A stretch of DNA of 64,000 nt from Candidatus Cloacimonadales bacterium (GCA_965228195.1 OZ245797.1:1417771-1481770); one strand, 5' to 3'. Positions 26,965-37,843 are shown, counted from the first letter of the stretch. The notes: generated from the sequence alone by a model not told the origin. Numbers and translations: made by a program.

Positions 26965-27696
26965 ATGAGGGTCTATTTTATCTCCGATGCGCATCTGAAG
27001 CCTGTTCCCAAAACAGACGAGGATCTGCAACGGCAAGCCAGAGTGGTGAAGTTTTTGCAAGGCATAACCGGCAAAGCCGATCTTTTGGTGGTGGCAGGAG
27101 ATTTTTTCGATCTTTGGTTCGATTGGAAAAACATCGTTCTTTCCCAGTTTTTCCCCGTCTATTGTGCCTTGAAAACTTTGAGAGATAGCGGGTGCCGGAT
27201 CAAGATGGTCGCCGGCAACCACGATTTTTATTTTCGTTTTTTCTTGCAAAAACAGCTGGGTATTCAGATTTACCGACAAGATTGTAGTTTGCAGATAGAT
27301 AAGCTTAAAATCTTCGTTACGCACGGCGATAGTCACGGCAAAAACGATTTTCGTTATCGGTTTTACAAGTTTTTGATCAGATCGAAGATTTTCGAGCTGT
27401 TTTTTGGCATAGTTCATCCTGCTTTGGGGATCAAGGTGGGATCTTTGGCTTCTCGTAGCTCTAGAGCGCGCCGGGTGGACGATCAGAAGCTAGCCAAGAA
27501 AGAGGGTGAGCTTTTTTCGTTTGCCCAAGCGAAGATAGAGCAAGAAGGTTACGATCTGGTGGTGATGGGACACACTCATCGTCCGCTTCTTTTGCCGGCA
27601 GGAAAAGGGTTTTACGCTAATTGTGGCGACTGGCTGGTGCACGACTCTTTTTTAAAGATGGAAGATGGAGAGATAAAGGTTTGTTATCAAAAGTGA
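26965..27696 (+). CDS. lpxH: UDP-2,3-diacylglucosamine diphosphatase-like metallophosphoesterase
   Basis: MRVYFISDAHL, VAGDFFDLWF, GNHDF and GHTH motifs. Confidence 0.7.
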   Translation: MRVYFISDAHLKPVPKTDEDLQRQARVVKFLQGITGKADLLVVAGDFFDLWFDWKNIVLSQFFPVYCALKTLRDSGCRIKMVAGNHDFYFRFFLQKQLGIQIYRQDCSLQIDKLKIFVTHGDSHGKNDFRYRFYKFLIRSKIFELFFGIVHPALGIKVGSLASRSSRARRVDDQKLAKKEGELFSFAQAKIEQEGYDLVVMGHTHRPLLLPAGKGFYANCGDWLVHDSFLKMEDGEIKVCYQK

Positions 27697-27750
27697 CTAA
27701 AAAGATTGTCGCAGTTTGTTGCAAGATCTTCAAAATAAAGGGAGGTATGA

Positions 27751-28509
27751 ATGTCAAAGTATAATGTGTCTTCTTCGGTGGGTAAAATTTTTCGGCTTTT
27801 GGAGTGTTTGGCAGCCAATCAACCGATCACTGCCCCTGAGATCGGTAGGAAGTTAGAGTTCAACAAGACAAACACCTATCGGCTTTTATCGACGCTGGTC
27901 GATATTGGTTATATCTACAAAGGTGAAAACGGTTACAACCTGACTTTTAAGCTTTTGTCTTTGGGGCGGACGGCTCCTGTGACCAGAGTCCTTAGAAGCA
28001 TCGCCGAGCCGGTGATGGAGAGGTTGATGAGCATAGTTCACGAAAATGTTTACTTAACGACGATGGTAGAGAGCAAAGTTTTTGCTATCCACAGCATCAA
28101 ATCGCCTGAGCACCATCTGATGTTAAATCCTGAAAAAACTTCGGTTTTCCCGCTTTACTCTTGCGCCTCGGGCAAGATATTCTTGGCTCATATGTCGGAT
28201 CAGCGAAGAAAAAGTTTGCTGGATAAGCTAGAGTTTGTTCAACTGACTCCAACGACACTGACCGATAGGCAAGAGTTAGAAAAAGAGCTTAAGCAGTGCA
28301 AGAAGCAAGGTTATGCCATCGAAAACAAAGAGTTCTCCGAAGAGCTGGTTTCGGTGAGTGCGCCTATCTTCGGGGTAGAGGACGAGGTGTTGGCGTGTTT
28401 GTCTTTTTCAGGTCCCAGCATCAGGGTGTCCAAAGAGAAGATACAGGCTCACATCGACGATGTGGTCCAGGCTGCTATGGAGATAACAAAACAGATTAGA
28501 AAAACATAA
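27751..28509 (+). CDS. IclR-family transcriptional regulator
   Basis: 252 aa with an N-terminal wHTH (ITAPEIGRKLEFNKTNTYRLLSTL) and a C-terminal IclR effector domain. Confidence 0.85.
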   Translation: MSKYNVSSSVGKIFRLLECLAANQPITAPEIGRKLEFNKTNTYRLLSTLVDIGYIYKGENGYNLTFKLLSLGRTAPVTRVLRSIAEPVMERLMSIVHENVYLTTMVESKVFAIHSIKSPEHHLMLNPEKTSVFPLYSCASGKIFLAHMSDQRRKSLLDKLEFVQLTPTTLTDRQELEKELKQCKKQGYAIENKEFSEELVSVSAPIFGVEDEVLACLSFSGPSIRVSKEKIQAHIDDVVQAAMEITKQIRKT

Positions 28510-28531
28510 AACGGTTTTTTAAGGAGAGATT

Positions 28532-29788
28532 ATGATAGTTTGCAAATTTGGTGGAACATCTTTGGCTGACGCCGCTAACATTAAGAGAGTTGCCGAGATT
28601 ATCAAGAGCGATCCCCAAAGGAAGATGGTGGTGGTTTCTGCTCCCGGCAAAAGGTTTGCCGAGGATATTAAGGTGACAGACTTGCTTTACTCGCTGGCGG
28701 CGAGTAAGTCCGAAAAAGAGAGGTTTAACCAGATTTTGGCAGAGATAAAATCTCGCTTTATACAGATGATAAAAGAGCTTGAGGTCGAAGGGAAAGAGGT
28801 TTTGTCGGCTTTAGAGATTATTGCTCAAGAGATTTTGCAAGGGGTTAGTCAAGATTTTATCGCCTCTAGAGGCGAGTATCTAAACGCTCTTCTGATCAGT
28901 GAGTATCTAAAGTTTCGTTTCGTGGACGCCACCGAGTTTGTTCGCTTAAACGACGAGGGTGGGATAGATCCACTCACTTACGAGCTGGGAGCAAAAGTTT
29001 TGGATTTGAGCAAGCCGACGATCGTGCCAGGATTTTATGGATTAGACAGCAAAGGTAACATCAAAACTTTTTCTCGGGGTGGTTCGGACATCTCAGGAGC
29101 GATTTTGGCAGTTTGTGTCAAAGCGGAAGTTTACCAAAACTGGACAGATGTTTCGGGAGTGATGAGTGCCGATCCAGATTTTGTAAAGACTCCTGCTTTC
29201 GTCCCCGAGATAACTTACGCCGAGCTTCGCCAGATGGCTTGCTTTGGGACGAACGTTTTTCACAGCGAGGCTATTGCCCCGGTGGCAAACGCGGGCATCT
29301 CCATCCAAGTCAAAAACACCTTAAGACCCCAAGATGCTGGCACCACCATCTCTTGCAGTCGCTCGGTGGACAAGATGCCGATCGTGGCAGTCTCGGGATT
29401 AAGAGGTTTGCGCAAGGTAACCATCGGCAAAGAGAACCTCAACCAAAGTCAGCTCACTCAAGCTATCTCGCAACTGAACGCTCTTGGTTTCAAATCGATT
29501 TTTAGTCGTTTCGCAGCCGACTTCGCTTATATTTATGGTAAATACCAAGCAAAAGATTTGCCTTCTGGCTCTGAGTGTGATTTGAGCTTGTCGCCAAGAA
29601 AATTCACCGTTTTGGGACTGGTAGGTCAAGGACTAGACTGGGAGAAAGTCCTAGTGTTTGTAAAAGAGCTACAAGCCTTGTCAGTTGTGGATTTTAGCTA
29701 TGAGCAATCTTCGAATACGGTGGCTATCGTGGTGGAAGATAGTGACTTCCAGGAAGCTTTGCAAACTATCTCTAGCAAAATAAAGTAG
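28532..29788 (+). CDS. lysC: Aspartate kinase
   Basis: 418 aa with MIVCKFGGTSLAD, VVVSAPG, SRGGSD and a C-terminal ACT-like region. Confidence 0.9.
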   Translation: MIVCKFGGTSLADAANIKRVAEIIKSDPQRKMVVVSAPGKRFAEDIKVTDLLYSLAASKSEKERFNQILAEIKSRFIQMIKELEVEGKEVLSALEIIAQEILQGVSQDFIASRGEYLNALLISEYLKFRFVDATEFVRLNDEGGIDPLTYELGAKVLDLSKPTIVPGFYGLDSKGNIKTFSRGGSDISGAILAVCVKAEVYQNWTDVSGVMSADPDFVKTPAFVPEITYAELRQMACFGTNVFHSEAIAPVANAGISIQVKNTLRPQDAGTTISCSRSVDKMPIVAVSGLRGLRKVTIGKENLNQSQLTQAISQLNALGFKSIFSRFAADFAYIYGKYQAKDLPSGSECDLSLSPRKFTVLGLVGQGLDWEKVLVFVKELQALSVVDFSYEQSSNTVAIVVEDSDFQEALQTISSKIK

Positions 29789-29945
29789 CCCTCTTTTAGA
29801 AGTGGTATGAAAACTCAAAACACCTTGAAAAACAAAAAGTTGTAAAAAAAAATTGACATCGACATAGCTATTTTGCTTTATGTCTTATAACAAGTTTTGT
29901 TTAAAAAAAAGAAGATGAGAAAAAAGCAGAAGGAGAGGTCAAAAG

Positions 29946-30881
29946 TTGAAAAAGAGATGGTTTTTTAGTTTTGGACATGTAGAGTGGGTGAAGAGTTACA
30001 CCTTCTCTTTCTCCAACAAAACCTTCTTGTTTTTGCTTTTTTCTTTTTGTCTGCTCTTGTCGATAAGCTTGTGGAAAGCTAGTGAGATCGGTCTTTATTT
30101 CGATAAGATAGCTCGGCAAGAGAAGCTGGAGCAGGAGAACAAGATTCTCAAGAGTCAGCTGAGTGAGTTTAACCAAGTTATCGACTCGGTGCAAGAGAAG
30201 CTGGGGGCTGTGCGTGCTTGGGAGAGCGAGATTCGCAAGCAAAGGAACTTCAAGCCGGTCGATCCGCAAATCCGCGAGATGGGTATCGGTGGTGTGCCTT
30301 CTCTTGATAGTGCCACCTCCAATTTGCCTTCTGAGCTTCGGCTAGATTGTGCCTTGTTGAAGTTGCAATTAGAGCAGCTAACTGCCAAGGTGGATCTGGA
30401 AGTGGATCTGATGTCGGAGCTGAAGAAGAACAGCGACTTTCGCCGTGATATGTATGAAAACACTCCCACCATCTACCCTGTTTACGGCTATGTGACCAGT
30501 CCTTACGGCTACAGGATTCACCCTATCTTGGGCAGAAAGATTTTCCACGAAGGGATAGATATTGCTAACCGCAAAGGCACTTATGTCCACGCCACTGCCG
30601 ATGGAGTGGTGATAAGGTCTAAGGTGAATGGGAAAGGTAGTTTTGGCAACAACATAATCCTCAGGCACAAATACGGATTTTCTACGCGTTATGCTCACTT
30701 GTCGAAGGTGTTGGTGAAAAGAGGGCAGAGAGTAAAAAAAGGTGAGGTGATCGGTTATATGGGCTCCACCGGGCGTTCTACCGGATCGCACTTGCATTAT
30801 GAGGTGCGTAGATACGGCAGATACAGAGATCCAGAGCCTTATCTTATCAAATCTACCGATTTAGATTTGGCTGCAAAATAG
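29946..30881 (+). CDS. M23/LytM-family peptidoglycan endopeptidase
   Basis: N-terminal TM helix and coiled coil, with HEGIDIA and GSTGRSTGSHLHYEV zinc motifs. TTG start, not certain. Confidence 0.85.
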   Translation: MKKRWFFSFGHVEWVKSYTFSFSNKTFLFLLFSFCLLLSISLWKASEIGLYFDKIARQEKLEQENKILKSQLSEFNQVIDSVQEKLGAVRAWESEIRKQRNFKPVDPQIREMGIGGVPSLDSATSNLPSELRLDCALLKLQLEQLTAKVDLEVDLMSELKKNSDFRRDMYENTPTIYPVYGYVTSPYGYRIHPILGRKIFHEGIDIANRKGTYVHATADGVVIRSKVNGKGSFGNNIILRHKYGFSTRYAHLSKVLVKRGQRVKKGEVIGYMGSTGRSTGSHLHYEVRRYGRYRDPEPYLIKSTDLDLAAK

Positions 30882-30962
30882 TTTTTGTTTAGTTTTTTTT
30901 ACTTCAAAAATTCTCTGGCGTGGAGAGGTTTGGAGTAAATTTTTTATATAAGGCTAATTTTT

Positions 30963-31151
30963 ATGAAAAAAAGTTTTGAAGAGAGTATGAAGCAGATTGA
31001 TGAAATCGTGGACAAGCTTGAGCATAGCAATCTGGAGTTCGACCAAATCTTGGAGTTATACAAAGATGGGCAAGAGTTGGTAAAAAGCTGCAAGAAGAAG
31101 CTAGAGGTTGTCGAAAATAAGTTGATAGAGCTAGATAAGGAGCAAGGTTAA
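30963..31151 (+). CDS. xseB: Exodeoxyribonuclease VII small subunit
   Basis: 62 aa with FEESMKQIDEIVDKLE...LELYKDGQELVKSC. Confidence 0.8.
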   Translation: MKKSFEESMKQIDEIVDKLEHSNLEFDQILELYKDGQELVKSCKKKLEVVENKLIELDKEQG

Positions 31152-31154
31152 AAA

Positions 31155-32039
31155 GTGTATAAAGCTTTAAAAAAAGATCTCAAGAAAATCAGAGAGACCG
31201 TAAACATTCAAATCGATAGGTTTTTGCCGCGCAAAGATGAGTATCCCAAAAACATTCACAAGGCGATAAGGCACTCGCTTTTCGCTGGTGGCAAAGGTAT
31301 TCGCAGTTATATGCTGATCAAGATCTACTCGATCTTCAAAGAAGATATTAAGCCCGTTTTGCCTCTTGCTGCCGCCTTGGAGATGCTTCACACCTACACT
31401 TTGATTCACGACGATTTGCCTTATCTGGACAACGACGATTTTCGCCGAGGCAAGCCGACTTGCCACAAACTTTTTGGTGATGATATAGCGCTTTTGTCGG
31501 GTGACACTTTGCTTATTTTTGCTTTCGATATCGTCTCCCAGATGGAGATTACCGACAAGTTGAAAGCTGAGATTTTGAAGAGGTTTACCAAGATGGCAGG
31601 AGCCCGTGGATTGGTAGGTGGTCAGTGGGAAGATATAAACTGTGAAGGTAAGAAGGTGGACAAGCAGAAGCTGGCTTACATCCACAACCACAAAACCGCT
31701 GGCTTTATCAAGATTACCGCTACGCTGGCTTGTTTGCTGGCAGATGTTTCGGCAGAAGAGACCGAGCTTTTGGAAGAGTTTGCTGATAATGTGGGACTCT
31801 CTTTTCAGATAGTGGACGACATCTTGGATATCGAAGGCACTTTTCAGGAGCGAGGCAAATCTATCGGCAAAGATGTAGAGGCGCAAAAAGTCACCTACCC
31901 TTCTTTGTATGGACTACAAGAGTCCAAAAATCAGGTGGAGGCGATGATGCATAGAGCCAAAGAGATTTTGAACAGATATCACGACAAAGCTTTGATGTTA
32001 CAAAGATTTACAGATTACCTTTATCTGAGTAAATGGTAA
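31155..32039 (+). CDS. ispA: Polyprenyl (farnesyl/geranylgeranyl) diphosphate synthase
   Basis: LIHDDLPYLDNDDFRRGKPT (FARM) and FQIVDDILD (SARM). Confidence 0.9.
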   Translation: MYKALKKDLKKIRETVNIQIDRFLPRKDEYPKNIHKAIRHSLFAGGKGIRSYMLIKIYSIFKEDIKPVLPLAAALEMLHTYTLIHDDLPYLDNDDFRRGKPTCHKLFGDDIALLSGDTLLIFAFDIVSQMEITDKLKAEILKRFTKMAGARGLVGGQWEDINCEGKKVDKQKLAYIHNHKTAGFIKITATLACLLADVSAEETELLEEFADNVGLSFQIVDDILDIEGTFQERGKSIGKDVEAQKVTYPSLYGLQESKNQVEAMMHRAKEILNRYHDKALMLQRFTDYLYLSKW

Positions 32040-32470
32040 AGATAAGATTTAAGAAGTTGTCCGAAAAAGCTCGTCTGCCCAAGGTGATGAGCGAACAAGC
32101 CGCAGGGGCAGATATCAGCGCTTGTCTTGAGAGGGAGCTGGTGATAGCCGCGGGCGAAGTTGTGCTGGTGCCGTGCGGATTTGCCATGGCCATACCCCAA
32201 GGTTACGAGGCTCAGATAAGACCTCGAAGTGGTTTGGCTGCCAAGTTTGGTATCGGAGTCTTGAACTCACCCGGGACGATAGACTCAGATTATAGGGGAG
32301 AGGTGAAGGTGATATTGGTGAATTTTGGTAAGAAACAGTTTAAGATAAACAGTGGCGATAGGATTGCCCAGATGGTGATTGCAAAGTTGCCCAAGGTTAG
32401 TTTTGAGTGCGTTGATCAATTGAGTGCCACTACAAGAGGTAGTGGCGGATTTGGTCATACAGATCTCTAG
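32033..32470 (+). CDS. dut: dUTP diphosphatase
   Basis: 145 aa with GADISA, RPRSGLA, GTIDSDYRGE and RGSGGFGHT. Confidence 0.9.
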   Translation: MVKIRFKKLSEKARLPKVMSEQAAGADISACLERELVIAAGEVVLVPCGFAMAIPQGYEAQIRPRSGLAAKFGIGVLNSPGTIDSDYRGEVKVILVNFGKKQFKINSGDRIAQMVIAKLPKVSFECVDQLSATTRGSGGFGHTDL

Positions 32471-32487
32471 TGCGATAAGGAGTGTTT

Positions 32488-33774
32488 ATGGCTAATTTAA
32501 GGAAAAGGATCTCGGAAGAGATTTTGCGAATCAAAGAGATGAATGCAAAAATCTTGGCAGAGTATGGAGACAAAGAGATTTGCACGGTCACCCCCAAGAG
32601 TATTTTTGCGGGGATGCGTGGCATAGTTGAGGTGGTTTGCAACACCTCTTATGTGGACGCTCAAAAAGGGTTGATCATAAAAGGTTACACCTTGGAAGAA
32701 CTCTCCGACAAGAGTGCCGAAGAGGTTTTTTTCTTGCTTTGCACGGGGGTTTTGCCAGATAGGGACGAGCTCAAATGTTTTCAAAAAAATCTGGCTCTGC
32801 GCTCCAGTGTCCCCAGAGAGGTTTGGAACGTCCTTTTTGCTTTGCCAGACAACACTCACCCCATGACGATGTTCAGCATCGCTATCTTGGTTTTGGAGCG
32901 AGAGTCGGTTTTCAGGACCAAATACGAAGAGGGGTTGCGCAAAAAAGATTTTTGGAAATCGACTCTGGAAGATTGTTTGGAGTTGATCGCCAAAGTGCCT
33001 AGTATCGCTGCGGCTATCTACCGAATCCGTTACGAGAAAGACGACCTTATCCAAAGTTACGACAGCGAGCTAGATTGGTCGGCTAATTTCGCCTATATGC
33101 TGGGTATCGACACAATCGACGAAGAGGTTTTTGCCGATTTGATGAGGCTGTTTTTGGTGCTTCACTGCGACCACGAAGGGTGCAACGCCAGCGCTTTTAC
33201 CTCCAGAGTGGTCAGCTCGACCTTGTCAGACTGCTACAGATCTGTCTCTTCGGGGTTAAACGCTTTGGCAGGACCGCTGCACGGACTGGCTAACCAAAAT
33301 GCGCTCAAGTTCATCTTGGACATCAAAGATAGGTTCGATGGTTGTCCAAGCAAAGAGGAGTTAAATAAATACTTGCAAAGTTGGCTCGATATGGGCAAAG
33401 TTATCCCTGGCTACGGACACGCCGTTTTGAGGCAGACCGACCCAAGGTTTACCGAGATCAAGAAGTTTGCCGATAAACATTTGCCAGGTAACGATTTGAT
33501 CAAGATTGTTAATCTGATGAGTCAGGTGGCTCCTGTGGTGCTCAAAAAGCAAGGCAAAGCCAGCTCGGTCTATCCCAATGTTGATGCAATCTCGGGAGCG
33601 GTGCTTTATGCGCTAGGCTTGGAGAGATTTGATTACTACACCGTCATCTTCGGGGTTTCCCGAATACTGGGATTTTGCGCTCAGCTGATTATTGCCAGAG
33701 GCGTGAACTCCTCGATTATGAGACCAAAAAGTGTAACCAGCCAGATGCTCGCCGATATGGCAGCAACTAAGTAG
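32488..33774 (+). CDS. gltA: Citrate synthase
   Basis: HCDHEGCNAS, GPLHGLANQ and GYGHAVLRQTDPR. ATG 32488 is preferred over the tracked GTG 32482, which overlaps the AAGGAG site. Confidence 0.9.
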   Translation: MANLRKRISEEILRIKEMNAKILAEYGDKEICTVTPKSIFAGMRGIVEVVCNTSYVDAQKGLIIKGYTLEELSDKSAEEVFFLLCTGVLPDRDELKCFQKNLALRSSVPREVWNVLFALPDNTHPMTMFSIAILVLERESVFRTKYEEGLRKKDFWKSTLEDCLELIAKVPSIAAAIYRIRYEKDDLIQSYDSELDWSANFAYMLGIDTIDEEVFADLMRLFLVLHCDHEGCNASAFTSRVVSSTLSDCYRSVSSGLNALAGPLHGLANQNALKFILDIKDRFDGCPSKEELNKYLQSWLDMGKVIPGYGHAVLRQTDPRFTEIKKFADKHLPGNDLIKIVNLMSQVAPVVLKKQGKASSVYPNVDAISGAVLYALGLERFDYYTVIFGVSRILGFCAQLIIARGVNSSIMRPKSVTSQMLADMAATK

Positions 33775-33850
33775 AGAGTTTTGAAGCTCTTTTTGATTTG
33801 AGCGGTGTTTTCAGTTGAAACGAATTGGTTTGGCTTAGAGAAAAAATTAA

Positions 33851-35521
33851 ATGAACATAAACATTGATTGCGATTTTTTGGTGGTAGGCTCTGGTATAGC
33901 GGGCTTGATGACCGCTTTGCATTTGTCAAAAGATGCCCAAAGTTCGGTGGTGCTTATATCCAAAAGTGAGCTAGAAGAGAACAACTCGTTTTATGCTCAA
34001 GGTGGCATAGCTGCCGTAGATGCCCAAAGGGTTGCCTTGCAAAAAGACGATTACGCCTCTCATATAGAAGATACCCTCAGATCTGGTGACGGTTTGTGTA
34101 ATCACAAGGTAGTAGCCAGGTGTATCAAAGGCTTTTACGACTCGGCTATTAAAGCTTTGCTGGATTTGGGCGTTAATTTTAGCTGCCACCAAGATGATGG
34201 CTTTATCTTGCATCAAGAAGGCGGACACAGCAGTGAGCGTATCTATTGCGTAGATGACCACACGGGGCGAAACATCATTCAGACCCTTATAAAAAGGGTG
34301 AAAGAGGCTGAAAATATCCGCTACCTAGATTATCATATGGCAATAAATCTTATTACTCAAAACTACCTTTTGGCAAGCACCAACTTTAAAGACAGTTGCC
34401 TTGGGGCCTATGTTTTAAACATCAAAACCAAAGAGGTTAGGACCATCAGAGCCAAAAAAACTGTTTTGGCAACAGGCGGAGCGGGCAAGGTTTTTAAATA
34501 CACCAGCAATCCAGAGGTGGCAACCGGTGATGGCATTGCCATGGCTTATCGGGTAGGGGCTAGAATTGCCAACATGGAGTTTGTTCAGTTTCATCCCACC
34601 GTTTTGTACCAGCCCGAGATAGAGGTAAAAGAGCGTCGCTTTTTGATAACAGAGGCTCTCAGGGGCGAAAATTTGGGTGGTATATTGACCTTGAAAAAAG
34701 AGAGTCAAACGGACTTTGTGCTAGAGTTTGACGCAAGGGGTTCACACGCCACCCGAGATGTTGTTTCTAGAGCCATAGACACCAAGATAAAGGAGCTGGG
34801 CTTGCAACATGTTTGGCTGAATTTGAGTCAAGCGGTTACCGGTAAAGACAAAGATTTTTTTCAAAAACATTATCCCAATATTTATAAGAAATGTGCCGAA
34901 AACGGTTACCATCTAGAGAAAGATCCCATTCCCGTGGTGCCTGCAGCCCACTATGTTTGCGGTGGCGTAATGGTCGATAAGAACTCCCTTAGTGATGTAA
35001 GTAACCTCTATGTGGTGGGCGAGTCTGCCTATACGGGCTTGATGGGTGCCAATAGGCTTGCTTCTAATTCGTTGCCAGAAGGTTGCTACTATGCCATTAA
35101 GGCAGCCAGACACGCTATTAAGAGTAAAAACATAGATCTCTCCGAGCTAGAGATACCAGATTGGCAAACCTTGGGAGATGAGAAAAGTTTGGATAAGGCA
35201 ACTATGAACCAATTTTGGGATATAACCAGAGAGGTTATGACTAACCTTTGCGGAATAGAAAGAAACAACCAACGCCTTTATCTGGCTGCCAAAACTACCG
35301 ACTCCTTGGCCATGGCAGCTCACGATATCTACAAGAAATTTCCTCCTTCGCTGCAAACGCTTGAGCTGCGAAACTTGACCCTGGTGGCAAGAATGATAGC
35401 GTTTTGTGCCTTGTCACGCAAAGAGTCGCGTGGTTGTCACTATAGGGGAGATTGCCCTCAAAAAGACGATAAGTTTAAGATGCCAACGGTTAACAAAAAA
35501 GATATTTTTCCAAGGATTTAA
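33851..35521 (+). CDS. nadB: L-aspartate oxidase
   Basis: DFLVVGSGIAGL, AQGGIAA, and a fumarate-reductase-type flavoprotein fold with RKESRGCHYR. Confidence 0.9.
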   Translation: MNINIDCDFLVVGSGIAGLMTALHLSKDAQSSVVLISKSELEENNSFYAQGGIAAVDAQRVALQKDDYASHIEDTLRSGDGLCNHKVVARCIKGFYDSAIKALLDLGVNFSCHQDDGFILHQEGGHSSERIYCVDDHTGRNIIQTLIKRVKEAENIRYLDYHMAINLITQNYLLASTNFKDSCLGAYVLNIKTKEVRTIRAKKTVLATGGAGKVFKYTSNPEVATGDGIAMAYRVGARIANMEFVQFHPTVLYQPEIEVKERRFLITEALRGENLGGILTLKKESQTDFVLEFDARGSHATRDVVSRAIDTKIKELGLQHVWLNLSQAVTGKDKDFFQKHYPNIYKKCAENGYHLEKDPIPVVPAAHYVCGGVMVDKNSLSDVSNLYVVGESAYTGLMGANRLASNSLPEGCYYAIKAARHAIKSKNIDLSELEIPDWQTLGDEKSLDKATMNQFWDITREVMTNLCGIERNNQRLYLAAKTTDSLAMAAHDIYKKFPPSLQTLELRNLTLVARMIAFCALSRKESRGCHYRGDCPQKDDKFKMPTVNKKDIFPRI

Positions 35522-35524
35522 ACG

Positions 35525-36439
35525 ATGAAAGAGATGGATATGTCAATTATAAAAGATATACAAAGGTTGAAAGAAGAAAAAAATGCGGTCATCTTGGCAC
35601 ATAACTATCAACCAGCAAAAATTTACCAGGTGGCAGATTTCGTGGGCGATAGTCTAGAGCTGGCTAAAAAGGCTAAGGCGGTAGATGCCAAGATCATCGT
35701 TTTTTGCGGGGTAAGATTTATGGCAGAAACTGCCAAGATATTAAACCCTGGAAAAAAGGTGCTTTTAGCAGCCCCGCAGGCTGGTTGTCAAATGGCAGAT
35801 ATGGTGGACGCTGCCAAGGTGCGTGCCGCTAAAAGTAAGCACCCCAAGGCGGTTGTCGCTTGTTATGTAAACACAACAGCCCAAACCAAGACAGAGTGTG
35901 ATGTTTGTGTTACCAGTGCTAATGCGATTAAGGTGGTAAGCTCTTTAAAAGAGAAGCAGGTTATCTTTGTGCCGGACAAGAACTTGGGTGCCTGGGTTGA
36001 GGCAAACTGCCAAAAAGATATTATTTTGGTAGAAGGTTTTTGTTATGTGCATAACAACATCAGCGTGCAAGATGTTGAGAAGGTGAGAAAGCTCTATCCT
36101 GAGGCTCCCATAATGATTCATCCTGAGTCCAGACCAGAGGTGGTGGCTTTGTGCGATTTTGTTTGCTCTACCTCACAGATGATAGCGGTAGCCAAAGAAA
36201 CTCAGGCTAGTACCCTTGTGGTGGGCACCGAGCTAGGAATGATAGCTAAACTAGAGCAAGAATGCCCCAATAAAACCTTTGTGCCGCTAAAAAAAGATGC
36301 GATCTGTGCTGATATGAAGTTGACAAGCTTGAAGATGATAAAAGATTGTCTGAAAAAAGGTGTTGGCGAGATCAGCCTAGAGCAAGAGGTGATTGATAAG
36401 GCAAGGGGCTGCATCGATAAGATGCTTAGCTTGAGCTAA
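35525..36439 (+). CDS. nadA: Quinolinate synthase
   Basis: 304 aa with ILAHNYQ, FCGVRFMAETAKIL and IHPES motifs. Confidence 0.9.
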   Translation: MKEMDMSIIKDIQRLKEEKNAVILAHNYQPAKIYQVADFVGDSLELAKKAKAVDAKIIVFCGVRFMAETAKILNPGKKVLLAAPQAGCQMADMVDAAKVRAAKSKHPKAVVACYVNTTAQTKTECDVCVTSANAIKVVSSLKEKQVIFVPDKNLGAWVEANCQKDIILVEGFCYVHNNISVQDVEKVRKLYPEAPIMIHPESRPEVVALCDFVCSTSQMIAVAKETQASTLVVGTELGMIAKLEQECPNKTFVPLKKDAICADMKLTSLKMIKDCLKKGVGEISLEQEVIDKARGCIDKMLSLS

Positions 36440-36458
36440 GACAATAGGAATTATACAA

Positions 36459-37394
36459 ATGAATAGAAAAAAAGCCGTTGAGCAGGTTTATCAAAAGGGT
36501 GGGCTTTTAAGCTTTGAAAACCCGGAATATTTTAGGCAGGTGGGTGATTTTATCACTACCGCCTTGCGTGAGGATGTTGGCACAGGCGATGTTACCACTC
36601 AAACGGTGATTCCCGCAGATTTAAAGATGAGTGCCGTTATCAAAAGCAAGCAGGCAGGCATTTTTTGCGGGCAGCAAGAGCTTAGCTTTTTGTATAAGAG
36701 CAAGGGCGTTAGTTTGAATTTCTTGGTAAAAGACGGGCAAGAGATAGCCAAGGCTCAACGCCTGGTGGAGCTTACCGGACCCGCTCAGTCTTTGTTAACC
36801 TTAGAGAGGGTTGGCTTAAACATTGTGCGAAGGCTATCAGGCATAGCTACAGTTACGGCTGCTCACGCAAGACTTTTGCAAGGATCGGGGGCAAAAATTG
36901 CTGCCACGCGTAAGGTGGTAACCTGTGAGTTGATGGAAAAAAGAGCAGTCTATCTAGGGGGTGGGCTTACGCATAGGCTTGGTCTTGATAAGCACATTAT
37001 GATAAAAGATTGTCATCTGGATATTATTCGCAAGTTTCAAGGAGAAAATGCCATAGAGTCGGTCATCTCAGCTAGCGAAAAGATGAAGATCCCAGTTGAG
37101 ATAGAGGTTGAAACCCTGGAAGATGGTCTTTTGGCAGTTAAAAGTTTTGCCAGTAGCAGCTACGCCGGCGTGCCAATAATAATGTTAGATAATATGGCTC
37201 CGGCACAAATTGAAACCTTTTGTAATATGCTTACTGAGCAGGGTTTGCGAGATAGGGTGCTACTAGAGGCCTCAGGCGGAATTACGCTAAACAATCTTGC
37301 CGAATACGGAGCCTCAGGGGTAGATGTTGTCTCAACCTCTGGGGTAACAGAAGGCGCTTCTAGTCTAGATTTGCATCAAAAAATGGAGGGTTGA
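36459..37394 (+). CDS. nadC: Nicotinate-nucleotide diphosphorylase (carboxylating)
   Basis: LREDVGTGDVTT, ATRKV, LDNM and SGGIT motifs. Completes nadB-nadA-nadC. Confidence 0.9.
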   Translation: MNRKKAVEQVYQKGGLLSFENPEYFRQVGDFITTALREDVGTGDVTTQTVIPADLKMSAVIKSKQAGIFCGQQELSFLYKSKGVSLNFLVKDGQEIAKAQRLVELTGPAQSLLTLERVGLNIVRRLSGIATVTAAHARLLQGSGAKIAATRKVVTCELMEKRAVYLGGGLTHRLGLDKHIMIKDCHLDIIRKFQGENAIESVISASEKMKIPVEIEVETLEDGLLAVKSFASSSYAGVPIIMLDNMAPAQIETFCNMLTEQGLRDRVLLEASGGITLNNLAEYGASGVDVVSTSGVTEGASSLDLHQKMEG

Positions 37395-37426
37395 TGGGGC
37401 TAAGATTAGATGCCATTTTTTGTCAA

Positions 37427-37843
37427 CTACCCTATCTCCACCTCTTCTTCTTGTTTTCCTTTTAATTTTTGTAAAACTATTTTCAAGAAGCCGTCTTCCA
37501 TCTTGGCTTTGATGGTTGAGCCGTCAGCGTCCAAGGGAAGGTCTATTTTGCGCATCACTTTTTGGTCGCCACTTTCTTTGTAATAAAACTTCTCTGTCTC
37601 TTCTTCTTGCTTGGTTTTCTTCTCGGCTGTTATCAGCAGTTGATCGTAACACCTCTTGATCTTGACCTCGTCTTTGGAAAATCCGGCTAAGTTCAACTTC
37701 ACCAGGTAGTGGTCGTCTTTGTCAACGATGTCCAAGGTTGCCTGATTGGTAAAATCGAAAGGGTTTTGCACCCCTTGGCTGATAACCTTGGCTAAACTGT
37801 TAAACATGGAAAGCACTGGGAAAAAATCGTCATTTTTTTTCAT
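37427..37843 (-). CDS. Hsp20/alpha-crystallin small heat-shock protein
   Basis: 138 aa with DIVDKDDHYLVKLNLAGFSKDEVKI ... GFLKIVLQK. Confidence 0.9.
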   Translation of the reverse strand: MKKNDDFFPVLSMFNSLAKVISQGVQNPFDFTNQATLDIVDKDDHYLVKLNLAGFSKDEVKIKRCYDQLLITAEKKTKQEEETEKFYYKESGDQKVMRKIDLPLDADGSTIKAKMEDGFLKIVLQKLKGKQEEEVEIG